Below, piece by piece: positions 1 through 14,509 of a DNA stretch of 64,000 bases. The position numbers and the translations under genes are program-made. The number at the start of each line of letters is the position of its first letter. The first letter of the stretch is position 1. Origin of the DNA: the human T2T-CHM13v2.0 reference genome, Homo sapiens; NCBI RefSeq assembly GCF_009914755.1, contig NC_060933.1. The stretch is one strand, 5' to 3'. The notes beneath the pieces were generated by a model, which saw only the letters and a list, made by a program, of their open reading frames with translations, did no database searches and was not told the DNA's origin.

Positions 1-839
1 TACAGTGAGAAGAGTATGGGAAACAGGGGTTTTGCAATGTTCCAAGTATGTTTTCCACACAGTAACATTTTTGCATATTCCTATTAAATAACTAAAAGGG
101 ATAAGAACAATTATATTATTTTGCATTGTAGATTTTAAACATAGAGAAAAATATGTGTGAATATTTGCCTTGTGAGGAGGGGCATATGAGAAAGTAATGC
201 AACTTTGAGAGGGGAGATGAAGTAAAATAAACACAAGATATAAACCCCAAGGGAAATTATTTAAATAGGAAATATAAAATTATTCAAATTGTAAATTATC
301 TAGGAAAAACACCCAATAATTCTAATGGTAGCTTAGGATATTGAGCCAATTTTTTAAAAATTATTACAAAAGAAAGATACTATTCTTAACTCTTGCTTCA
401 AGCCATGCAATCAGACAAAAAGGGTACCATTTCAAGCTCTTTCATTTAGCGTATCTATATTCAGATCTCCATTCATATAGTTCCTGGCATGAAGCATCTG
501 AAAGAAGATTAAAATTAATGTAGGAGTGCAACATTAAGACAAACATCACTGATTAACTTGAACTGAACCAAGCTCAAAGCAAAAGCCATAACAGGGAATC
601 AGTCAGAATTGAAAAGAACAAATAGAAGACTTGTTTAGTTTTTACTGTATTCCCCAAGAATTTGAAAAATTTAGGGTCCAATTTATATTATTAGGAAAAC
701 AAAAAGTTGTTTTTCATGTTCTATTGGCTTATGATTGCTCTGGCCTTTTAAATAGGCCTACATTCCAATATAAATATTGTCATGTTCCTAAGATTAGTAT
801 AGATACCTTACATGTATATGGTACCTCCCAAATTTGAAG

Positions 840-955
840 TGTCATGAGTATTAAATGATTTAATGCATGTATGGCACTCAAAAGTAGATTTGTCATATAG
901 TAAATACTTTAAAAATTTACTATTACCACTACTGCTGCCACTACTGCTACTACTA
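840..955 (+). mobile_element. MIR SINE 3' fragment with degenerate (CTA/CTG)n tail
   Basis: ttaaatgatttaatgcatgtatggcactc...catatagtaaatac resembles the MIR 3' end. Confidence 0.6.
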
Positions 956-3289
956 GATTGTATGAGATTAACAGTAAAATCAAAACTATATTCTGCATTA
1001 TTTATTATAATTAGTTGCCCTGAAATATTTTAAGGCCATCAAAATCTTAGTTGGTTAAATGACCTACTGGATAATGTATCTACCATACACACAAACAGAT
1101 ACGTATGTGCTTATGTGCACACACATTCTCCAACATAATTTGTGGAAAGAGTAGCAACAAATTAAAGAAGAGATCATGATTTTCAATCACCTAAATAAAT
1201 CTAAATCCATATGCAAGAGAAACCTAGAAATATGGTATAATGTAACTGATAGTATAAAAGCTCAGCCCTAAGATTTCTTAATAGATCCATTGGCCCTATA
1301 GTCTACAGCTTTAACTATGAGAACTCCTGACAAGAACACCCAAGGCAGATCCAGTGTTCAATCTTTCTTTTGTACAGGCCTGGGTCAGGCTCTTTAGAGA
1401 AATAAGAACGCAACAGCACCAAGGCTGGGTATGAAAAGAATATTCTCTCCACGGGCCTGTCTTCGACAGTGAGCTTATGCTATAGCTCTCATAACAATTA
1501 CTCATCACCAACAATAGCATCCCAGTTCTGCAGTGACAGTGTGGTTGAATAGATTTCACTCCTGGCACTCCCATGATACCATAATGGCAAATCCCTATGA
1601 AAACATATGATAAGACTATCACTTGGGGGTGGTTTTTGCTCAATAGCTATTTTATTCCCTTGGAGTATTTTATCTTTCTTCATAATTATATCAAAGGGTA
1701 CATTTCTAATAACTGGTAATCCCTTCCTTAAGTGACTTTAACCTCCGTAGGCATTGGGCCCCATGACCCATAGCACAAACATATTTTGTAATTAAATTTT
1801 TTTTCAATTTCAGAAGCCATTGAGGAAATGTTCTGCTTTATATAATTGTTCTCCATTAACAGACATTTAATATGAAAGTTTTCATAATTTAAACCCATTT
1901 AATCTCATCCTTATATGCTTCATATCTCATTTTATTTTTGCTGTTTTCAACAATCAAAACCCTTATTATTATAGATAAGAGAGTATATGGCAGATCTTTT
2001 TTCTTTCTCTTTTCCTTTCTCTTTTCCTTTTCTTCCTCTTTGTTTTTTAACGAAGGCTAATAGTTCTTAACTTTAGAAGACTAACAAGGATGCAAGAGTG
2101 ATACAATTTTTCAGGAGCCTGAAGTACCAGTCATTTTAAGTAGCTTCAGATTACAACCTGTGTGGGAAATAGCATGATCATTTTCAATTACTTCATCATG
2201 AAGGAGAACCATTAATTAGTTTTAACTGGAAATTGCTAACAACATTTCTACAAAGTTTATAGGTGTAATAATTCAATTTTCCAAACATAATGAAGAAAGT
2301 CCACAAAATGTTGACTATGAGGACCAAATCAACCTCTTTTTGCCTAGAATAAACCTGCACAGACTTTATCAACATATAATCAGCAGAATCAAGCCTGGAA
2401 TAGATCAAACCAGAAATGTGATCCAGTCATCCTGTTCCAATTAAAGAATGGACCATGTGTTGAACTAAGCAAATAAGTGTAGATAAAATAATCTATGTTG
2501 GGATTTGAGTACAACTTTTCTGGCTGTACTTCAATTGTAGCTAAGATCCAAGTTGAAAAGTTCTGGCAATACTGCCCCCATACCCACCATATATTTTAAA
2601 GGAAGCTATCAATGACCTGGACCAGAGGCCTGTGACCATCACCTTGCTTTTTTCAGGCGATGGTCACAGGCACCTCCTTGCACGGTTTCTAACAGAAGAC
2701 AGAACTGACCTATTACCAATAACCACAACCCTAGCAAAACCCAAATCCAAACCCCATTTATATACAAAACTGAGAAAAGGAAAAGTCACAGATCTTTGGA
2801 AAGTACAGGGTTCTTTCTCTCTGGGAAAAATCATTGTATGGTTTGGCGGTGCCTGTCAAAAAGGGAAAGTATTAGCAGGTTTCTCTTCTTGCTGTGTCAG
2901 AACGGACCAGCGTGAGAGAGTTTTTGACAGAGTATGACATGTGTTTTTGGATTTGGTATCCACTTTTCTCCCAGAGCACTGTATAAAGAAGCCTCAGTGA
3001 GGTGCATGGAAAGAGGACAGAGGCATTCACACCAAACCACCTTCATTGCACTCTTCAGAGGATGAAGAAGCAGCCCTGGGAGACTTCTCGCAGCTTCAGG
3101 AGAAGATTCATGATGAACGGAGGCCAAGCAAATAGGAAATCCAACCAGCGACCAGATCAGGTAGGCAGCATAATGGCTGGGACTGAATATGGATGATGAC
3201 CCTTCTCTGGGGTGTTCATGAGCAATGCTGGAGGAAAGAAGAAGCCAAATGCAACCCCAAGAATACCTACTCTCGCTTTGCCCTCTGTG

Positions 3290-3680
3290 GTGGATTGATA
3301 ATGACCATAAATTTAATTCTGAGTTGGCTATATGACTTGCTTTTGACAATGGGGCATTAGTAAATGTGTCACAAGTAGATACTTGGCAAGTCACTAGCAC
3401 TGGGGCTGCTTGTGAGCCCCACGACTGCCGCTGTGTGACAAACACTTCTGGAGAACAATTGCCTCTGTTGCTAGAGCCAATAGCATGCCACATCCCAGAC
3501 ACATTCTGCATTACCCAGCCATCAGCTACCCTGCCACATGACCACAGACCCAAGAGAGAGACAGTATAAATCACTTGAGCTGGCCCAGACTAGAATAACT
3601 GCCCAGCTGAACCACAGAATATGAAGAATCGTTAGAATGGCTGCTGGGTTAAACTTGTTATAACCAAAAGTTGAGCAAAA
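3290..3680 (+). mobile_element. MLT1 (MaLR) LTR fragment, MLT1F/G-like
   Basis: tgacttgcttttgacaatggggcattagtaaatgtg and cccagctgaaccacagaat match MLT1 hallmarks; ends approximate. Confidence 0.65.
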
Positions 3681-4201
3681 CACTAGTGACCTGCTTTACA
3701 AAGTATATTATGGCACCCTATAGATTACAACTAAACTCGGATCCCAAATCAACTTAAAAATGCTATGATACAGTTTTTGTTAAACTGTGCCTTTATAGAA
3801 ATATTAGTGAAAGAAAAAAAGGAAAACACAGAGTAGAAACCCTCTACGGAAGCAGAAAATAGTCAATGTGGAGTTGCTCTGACCTCAAGCAGCTTGAAAG
3901 AGCTCAAACAGTGGGCCTGAGTCCCCTGGCGTGGCGTGAAAACAAGGAGCAATTTGGTTTGCTTTCATGTATCTTCTGATAAGTTGAAGTAGTGGAATGC
4001 ATTAATTCCACTCTAAAATAATTAAATCAATCCTTTATTTATCAGTCGTTTACTGGACACTTACCCTATGCAATCAACTACACTATCTACCAGGAGATAG
4101 TAATAATAAATACGAAAGCTATAGAAAAGAAATGAGAGAGGGGAACTGGAGTATACCTTTATGACAGGTACATGACTCAGCATTCTAAAATGTATGCTCT
4201 C

Positions 4202-4235
4202 ATCGCTTCTCAGCCTTTTGGCTAAGATCAAGCGT
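4202..4235 (+). pseudogene. 3'-truncated (tailless) U2 snRNA retropseudogene, U2 nt 1-34
   Basis: ATCGCTTCTCAGCCTTTTGGCTAAGATCAAGCGT vs U2 ATCGCTTCTCGGCCTTTTGGCTAAGATCAAGTGT (32/34). 17-bp direct repeats CTAAAATGTATG(C/T)TCTC at 4185-4201 and 4236-4252. Confidence 0.95.
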
Positions 4236-4450
4236 CTAAAATGTATGTTCTCTTTTTCTAACCATAAAGCCCTATAAGAACCTTCTTCTTATGCTCAGAG
4301 AACCTATATAACCCTATTTTAATAAGCTATGACCTTGTTGTTTGCCTGTAAATTCTATCCTAACTTAAGGAGATGGAGCACCTACAGTATGGTACAAAAA
4401 AGAAGGCGGCCAGTCTCTTACGAAATTCAGAGAGAAAAAGACCACAGATT

Positions 4451-4784
<334 letters not shown>

Positions 4785-5678
4785 TTAAAAAATAAATAAA
4801 AGCTTTGTTAACAAGGAGGATTCTGAGTTATGAGGAAGAGAAATAAATCTGATATTGCTAGAAATAGAAAAAAATGATTATTCTCATGTTTTGATATCAC
4901 AGAAATTGATTTTAATATAGAAATATTTTAAATATGGGAAAGTAAAAAGTAGGGAAAAAGTCCTTGTTTTCCTCTAAATGAGCTATAAATAAATATCCTT
5001 TGGGTCAAGGAACTTAAACTTGGAGTGTAGCATGTGCTGGGAACACAGAGAGGTATATGATCACCCCATAAAAAGAAGAAAAGTGGTTTGACTGACACAG
5101 AGGCCATACTAAGTCCAATTGTGACACATTAATAGGCTAAGAAATGGACTTTGAGTGCCAGGCTATTGAAGCAAATTTAGATGGCTAGGTATAAACAGAA
5201 ATACAATTTTATAATGGTTCTGCTAAAAAACAGAAAGCTAATCCTGGGATAAGAATTCATTCACTGTCCAACACGTTTGTTTATTTTGACCTGTTGGTCC
5301 AAGCACTGTAGAGCTGTCAGAGAAATATATGAAGCAGCACACAGAAGCCTGCAAACCCCACAAAACACTAACATATTTGTGTTTTTATACGCTTTCTATC
5401 ATTTTTACGGGCTTTGGTGTTGGAAGAGTAAGGTGATCCAGGATCAGAGTCCATCAAGTTGAAACTTAAGTCTCTTTGTACTTATGAGTATATATGACTT
5501 AGCTATTGAAAATCCAATTATGTATATATACACTATATATATAAAAAATTGTTCCTCCAGATACTTGCTTCTAATTTGCTAAATGTTACTATATCAAGAG
5601 AATAACATTTCTTCTATTATAATTTACTAACTTCCCAGAATAAGTCAGATGCCTCCTCAAATATTTAAGACTCAAAGG

Positions 5679-5950
5679 GGCCAGGTGTGGTGGCTCATGC
5701 CTGTAATCACACCAATTTGGGAGGATCACTTGAGCCTAGGAGTTTGAGACCAGCCTGGGCAACATGGCAAGACCCTGTCTGTATAAAAAGACTTTTAAAA
5801 ATTAGCCAAGCATGACAGTGTGTTCCTGTGGTCCCAGCTACTCAGGAGACTGAGGTGGGAGGATCCTGCGAGCACAGGAGGACAAAGCTGCAGTAAGCTG
5901 TGACTGCGCCACTGCACTCCAGCCTGGGCAACAGAGAAAAAACCAAAAAG
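5679..5950 (+). mobile_element. AluJ with a small deletion in the left arm
   Basis: ggatcacttgagcctaggagtttgagaccagcctgggcaacatggcaagaccc (J diagnostics). Confidence 0.9.
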
Positions 5951-7579
5951 ACTAAAAGGGAGTAAAAGCAAACAAACTCTTACTTGGTAATCAACCACAT
6001 GTTAGCTTTGGGAAGCTGAGAGTTAATGCAGAAGGTTTTTATATGAGTCCATGTGTATTTCCCCATGGGTAATTTGATGTTAAACACTAAATCCAAATTT
6101 CTCAGAGGAACACAGTCTTTAAATGGCAGCAGTATCATCAGCCTTGCTGCCTTCTGGCTTTCTATCATCTTCCTTTGGACATCTCTCCAAAATGGGATCT
6201 GGTTTTTATTTTAGACACAACTTAGAATGCAGTTTCCTATAGTCAGGCAGGGACAATGAGGATGTCAATGAAATCTGAAGTAACAGGAAGGATGCTTTGT
6301 CTACATCTAGAAAGAGAGTCTACACGTGTAGGGGAAGCACTGGAGCACAGATTGCAGATGGACTGAAAGTGGGCAACAAATAAGAAGACTGATAAACATT
6401 CCACTGGACCACGGGTCAAGGTCCATCTTGGACTTTATATTGCACCCTTGGGGAAGCATGGGAGTACAGAAATGGGTCAGAGCAGATGCAGATCTGTGAA
6501 GACATCTTCATTTCTCTGATGTGGAACAAGGACAGATGGATGTAAAAAATGTGTCTTGGCGGATCTGGAAAGAGCATGCTACCCTTTGGGAAAACATCTG
6601 GGCTGTTACATTGTTTTACAGCACAGAAGGCAAGAATTTCAAGCTCTCTCGCCCTGCTTAAGACTTCTGTCATTCTTACACTACTCTGTCACTGAGAAAG
6701 CTAAAAATTTATTCAAAGGTCTCTTCAATGAAATGCAGATTAAAGGCATTTTGTGCATATAAGTCTGGTCTCTTAGGCAGCATTTAACTTTACTATGTCC
6801 AGAGCATATGTCATAACTAATTTGGGTCATGTTTGATTACTCACTATGGGTCAAAGTTGAAATTCTGTTGCAAAACACCAGAGTAAACTTAACCATGAAT
6901 GTTTTTCTAACAGTCTGTGACTAAATGTGTAATATACACTAACAACAACAAAAATCTGTGGCCAATCATGGACTTTCTAATGCTTGGAAATGGCTGAAAG
7001 TATATAGAGGATATTCAAGGCCACCAAAATATACTGTGCTAAAAGCACTTAATTAGCAAAGGCTAACTATACATCTGCATGTACACATACTTGTGTATTT
7101 TATATTTCTTTATATATCTGTTAGAATAAATATGCATTTAATTAATATAACCACACATTTCTTTCCTATCCAAGGAGTCCACTTGCATATATACAAGGGT
7201 TTGCTATATTATAAGAGGTCACTTTCACTATGCACTTAGTTACATATGCTTATTCTGTCTTAGAATGTACAAATTTATCATTTTGACAGGTAAAAAAAGT
7301 GTAAGAATCCAAGCAGAAAATATTTGAAGTTACAGCATCTGGATTGGTAAGGAGGCTAAAAGAGATAGCATAGGTGACAGAATCGAACCCATGTCTTTCA
7401 TTGATGGTACAAGGTGAGTAACCTAATGAATTAGAAAGACAAGCCAATAAAAGGTCCCGAGTTGACCTTTATAGTCCTTATATGCACATACATCTTTAAA
7501 TTCTCCCATTATATAAATTAATACAATATTGGCAATATTGGTTGTTTCATATCAGCACAATTTGTAGCTGAAATTGATT

Positions 7580-7820
7580 ATTAGGAAGTGGTTTGTGGTA
7601 TACAGTAAAGGAGGACCAGTGAGAGGAAGGAGTGCCCATTCAGAGAGCAGGGCCACAGTGGAAGGGAGGCAGACAGAGTGATGCAGTTTGCTTCTGTTAG
7701 CCGAGGTACAGGGGAACCTACTCCTTGATGAAGATGAACCACTCTGGCGCCATGAATACATTGAAGATTACTCAGTGGTCTTGACAACGGTCATTACTAA
7801 TGAGAGCGAACTTCCTGAAA
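7580..7820. promoter_or_regulatory. Candidate ETS/RUNX enhancer
   Basis: AGGAAGT 7583-7589 next to TGTGGT 7594-7599; AACTTCCTG 7809-7817; several retained CpGs in unique sequence. Motif evidence only. Confidence 0.3.
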
Positions 7821-7961
7821 TCAACAGCTTGCCTAAGACTAGCACAGTGTCTGATATGCAGCAAGAACTCAATACATGTCATGCTCTGTTATTGGAAGCA
7901 AAATGATACCTATTCTAGTCCATTCCAATTTTGAAACTTATTTTAGAAACAAAACTCTTTA

Positions 7962-8459
<498 letters not shown>

Positions 8460-9689
8460 CTACTTACTTAAGTTTACTCTAATTTTTTTGTCTCCTTTAA
8501 GCCACCACTATAAATTTAGAGAACGCTTTATTAACTGTGAAGCCTGAAAAAAAATTATGTAACTAATTAATCTATTATTTCTGCTACAATAAGTGAGCCT
8601 TTGATTCTTTTCCCGATATAGAAATAATGATGTGTGTCAGACAATTTTTAAAAATGAGAGGTACAGAGAGACGGACAAAGCAGGCCTTGCCTCCCTACCT
8701 AGGTTTGACTGTTTTAAACTTTAAATGAATACTCAAGGATTTCCTCCAGGATCATTAATTAGCTATTTCCTTATGCAAACGGAGACAACTAAAGATGTTT
8801 TATTTTCTTCCTCTATATCTTCTCTCCTTTATGTTTTTCATTCAGCCTTGCCAGGAAGAATAAACATGAGCTGAGTCACCTGTACTATTTCCTAATAGTG
8901 ATTCATCACCAAGAAGCAGTAACAGACTCTCCCTCCTTTCTTCCCTCTCAGGATGTGGTACCAACAAGGCAAGTCTCACAGAGCCATGCCACGTGCCACA
9001 TCCTAACCTTGGATTCCCCATATAGCACCTCCCAGAGAGCTGAAATAGCCTGGACATCTTTCAGGCCTGCTCTGATGGAGAGAGCTCAGAAACAGCCTTT
9101 TCACATGTGTCAGATTTTCATCTCTCTGAAACGTATTAACAGTTTACATGGCAGGCCAGATGAAGCCTAGAACCCAGACAGTCAACGGGCTTGGGCTATT
9201 GTACAAACCGTTATCTAATAAAAAATGTCTATTATTTTAGGTCAGTTGTCATCACTATCCATTTAGTTTATGGTGAGTGTTCATATTAATGTTACCAAAA
9301 TAGGGTGAACATCCTTTATGACACCTTATCTTACGTGTAATCATGACTTGACTTACATGCAATGGCGAACTGAAATAAAATGGTAATTGCCACAAAATGG
9401 TGCTTGGCATTCTAAAAAAATTAAAATTTACTTCAAAATTCCTTTAGAGGTAATATATATTCATCAGAACTTATCAATTAATTGAGTAAATACAAAAACA
9501 CTCAAAATAATAATATTCACAAGAAGTACAACTGCGTTTAAAATCTGAATGCCTGGCCTACATTTACATAGTCTAATAGCTAACTGAAGTTTTACTTGTT
9601 TCTATCTCTTTTATGCCAAATTGTTTTTATTCTGACTGAGATGACATAATATTTTAATTTTCCCAGAAAAGAAAAAATTAATGCAGAAA

Positions 9690-9937
9690 AAATCAACAAA
9701 AATTCAGTTAGAAGAAATAAGTTCTAGCATTCAATAGTACAGTAGAAAAATTATACTTAGCAGTAATTCGTTGTTTATTTCAAAAGCGCTAGAGGAAATG
9801 AACTATAATGGTCCCAACACAAAGAGAAATGTTTGCAGTGATAAATATCCCAGTTATCCTAATTTTATTGTACATTATATACAGATATCGAAATATCACA
9901 TATACCTCTCAAATATGAACTATATCAATTTAAAAAT
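9690..9937 (+). mobile_element. L1MA 3' UTR end fragment
   Basis: aataagttctagcattcaatag...cccaacacaaagagaaatgtttgcagtgataaatatccc...atcaatttaaaaa is typical of an L1MA 3' end. Confidence 0.8.
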
Positions 9938-10980
9938 TCAAATGTTCATATTGTATCATGTGCAATCAAATTTTACTTAATGCAATTCACTATCACTTTG
10001 AAACCTGCTCTTGGGCTAGGTTTATGCTTATTTCATCTGAATAGAGAAACCAGAAGTTATCATCCTTAAATACCATCCTTTGTGGATGTTCCCATCATGA
10101 GGACAAAGTAATAAATTTCAGTTCTCAAGGATGAGAAGCCCAACAGATTCACTCCTTTTCTGCACACAGAACCATGCTGGCAACAGTCCCAATGCCTAAG
10201 CTTCAGTCACAACTTTCAGAAAGGTGCTATCAAGTGGGGCTGCAAAAGAATCCCTCTATCACCTTTCAAACTGACACCTGTGTTGATTGCTTGAGCCCAT
10301 CACAGTTTAGCTCTCACAGCTTTAATTTACTAGCCCATGAGAAGTCAGCTTCAAAGAACACCATTTCGACTCTCAAAGAACATTATCAATGTACATGGAT
10401 AGCTTCCAACTTCATAAGGTGTTTCTCTCTACCTAGAGCAATTAACATTAATTTGCAGAATAGTGTTTATTGAAAACCTTTGTGTATCTCCAACAAAGTA
10501 ATAGTGTATTGATTTCATTCCTACTATCTTCAACTGTATCATTAAGAGGAATTTCTTAGGAAAGTCTATATGCAGTAAGCAAGTAAGATCGCAGAACATC
10601 AAGGGAGAAGTAAATCCAAAACTGATTTTACTTCTTTTCTTAGTGAGGAAAGAATTATGTTTTAAGCTTGCCTCTATTCATATAACCTTAAAAGTAATCA
10701 TTCTGCTTTTTGTGGGTTTATTATAATTTGAACAATGTTTATAATCTCTCAATTCAAAAAATCATAATCTGTACATGTTGATCAACCAAGTTATAAAAAT
10801 GAGATGAATTTTTAAACTCCATGCAAATCTTTAAGAGATAACATGATCTATCTGTCCATAACCAAGTTTAAAACTTTGTTGATAACAAGGCCAAATGCAA
10901 AATGGGGGGAGTGGAAGAAAACAATACAGGTAATTTAGACAGAGGCAAGTCAAATGATCAGTACCAACTTAAAAAAAAAT

Positions 10981-10984
<4 letters not shown>

Positions 10985-11017
<33 letters not shown>
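10985..11017. repeat. (CA)n microsatellite
   Basis: Direct. Confidence 0.95.
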
Positions 11018-11023
<6 letters not shown>

Positions 11024-11504
11024 CACTGTTTCATTGTCAAGGCTCTTTCATATTAAGAGTAATCAACATATAATTAAATTTAAAAAAATGTATGTATAGA
11101 TGAGTATCCAGCTATATAACCCTGCAGAGGAGCTGAACAAAGTCATTCAATGAATTGCAGATGACATAGCAATGGAAAGAATGAATTACCTTTGTAGTTA
11201 TCTTCCCACACCCAACCATTAAACAAACAGGACCCTTTAAAGACTTTAAGGTAAACAGTGGTTTCTCAAAGTGATGCAATGATCATGCTGTGCCTGTATA
11301 AGGAGCATAAAATGTTCTTCACAACAGGGTTATCCAGTGTTTAGAAGGAAATCTCTACTGGCAAATGGATCTGTCTTTTTGAGGTTACAGTTTATAGGCT
11401 GGATTCAAACGACAAATTCCTCAGGACTCTTTAGCCTAAGTGTAAATAAAGATGCAGAAAGGCATTCCTTTAAAAAAAAAAAAAACACTCCGTAGACATG
11501 GTGA

Positions 11505-12220
11505 TGACAGTGAAAGGAGGCAGTCAAATGCCTAGTCAGATGGGGCAGGATCCCCTTTTAAACTCCACCTCCAAACTGAAGACAGTTTAAAGCCTGAAAG
11601 CCAAGCTAAAAATTAAATCCTTGGACCAGACTGAGAACCTGTCTTCCCATTTGTTGCACTTTGTTCTGATTGATCCCCACCCTTCATGTATTTTACTTAT
11701 CCCTACCCTTTCCTAATTGGTTTTCTACACTGTCCTGCCCACCTTTGAGTGGTGTCTTCGCTTTAATCTTTTTTGAATATTCACATACCAATCAGCACAT
11801 ACTCCTCATTCTGAGTCCATAAAAAGCCCCAGACCCAGCCACACTGAGAAAAAAACCACCCGACTGAAGGGGTGAGGAATCCTCCCACCCCACCGCTGCC
11901 CCTGACTGTGAGCTGTTCCATTGTTCAATAAAATTCTTCTCTGCCCATCCTCACCCTTCAACTGTCAGCCTACCCTCATTTTTCTTGGACGCAGGATAAG
12001 AGCTCAGGAACCCCCAAATGTGAGTACAAACTATAACACAGGTGGGCTAGGGTGCACCCAGCTCAGCCATGGGCCAAGCCGGTGTACAAGCGAGACTCAG
12101 CGGGCTGACTGCCTCCAGCAGCAGGCCCAGGGCTGAGCAAGGTGGGGGTGAGGGGGGGTGGAGAGTGGAGGGCACATCACCAGCTGGAACCCTGCAAATT
12201 GTCAGAAAATTCCTGCGTCA
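11505..12220 (+). mobile_element. Intact ERV1-class solo LTR (LTR27-like, LTR1/MER52 group)
   Basis: TG...CA termini; 4-bp TSD GTGA (11501-11504, 12221-12224); CCAAT 11788, TATA-like CATAAAAA 11818, AATAAA 11927. Family name from memory. Confidence 0.85.
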
Positions 12221-12911
12221 GTGATTCAGTGATATATAAATTCAAATTTCAAGAATTCATTATTTTTATAAAGTCTTTAGGAAAGGATCCTTGGATTTTT
12301 TTTTTTTTTCCATTCAGGAGCAGTGTTGGCACCATTGTAAAGGGTAAGGGTAACGGTTGAGATGTCCAAATATACATATATATTTATATATATTTAGTGA
12401 TCTAAATGTTTCCAGTGCCAAAGTTAGATGCTTTGCAAAACTATAACTCCTTTAAATGCCATCCATCTTGAAAAAATGCATGTCACATCACTAGAATGTT
12501 ACTTATAGTCCTACTAGAGTTTAAAAAGATGTTTCCTAAAGACCTACCATTTAACCACAAACTGGGAATAACCTAATATCAATTGGAAATGCTGTTAAAC
12601 GGAAACAAATGTAACTGATACATTTGAAGCAAGAGGAGATTGAAGATGAAGGTATATATCCAAAATGGTGACAGTGACAGATTCTGATTTTCCCATTTTG
12701 ATTAACAGAATTTCCTATAGGCATCAATAAGCTATAAGGTGGATAAGATAGTTCTGTTGTAAAAGTACTGAGGACTCATTATCTGGACTCTCAATTCTCA
12801 TTATTCAGTTTACTTAGTTTCATAAAACTTTAAGCTAAATCTATATTCTATAAAGTACATATGACAATATTAATTATATTGTCACCTTTCTAAGATTAAA
12901 AAATTAAGTAT

Positions 12912-13539
<628 letters not shown>

Positions 13540-13912
13540 GCAGATGAGTAGATAAATAAACTGATATATCCATGTAATGGAATACCATTTGGCAATAAAT
13601 AATAATAAACTACTGATATGTTGAACAACATGAGTGAATATAGAAATAATAAGCCTGAGTGTCAGCTTGGCACAAGAGTATACACATTGTAGGATCCCAT
13701 TTATATAAAAGTCTACAATAAAAATTAATATATAGTGACAGGGTGATGACTGTTTGCCTGGGAAGCGTATTGGTGAGGCTACAGTACAGACAGCCAAGAT
13801 GGAGGAATTACAAGTGTGGTGAAGTTTCGCAGGTCTATGCATATGTCAAAACTATCAGACTGTATGTTTTAGATATGTGCAGTTGATCACATATCAATTG
13901 TATCTCAATAAG
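13540..13912 (+). mobile_element. Old L1 (L1MB-L1MD-like) 3' end, sense
   Basis: gataaataaactgatatatccatgtaatggaatacc...cccatttatataaaagtc...caattgtatctcaataa. Confidence 0.8.
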
Positions 13913-13980
13913 TATCTATACATATATACACACATATGCATATACAGATGGTCTCCTACTTACAAAGTTTTGATGTAGAC

Positions 13981-14509
<529 letters not shown>

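Noticed and set aside
2897-3574. Longest ORF (225 aa, minus strand)
   Set aside because: Non-ATG start, overlaps an MLT1 LTR antisense, no recognisable domain or splice context
7379-7392. tRNA B-box-like GGGTTCGATTC on the minus strand
   Set aside because: No A box, acceptor stem or cloverleaf found; cannot support a tRNA or NUMT (an ancient SINE relic is not excluded)
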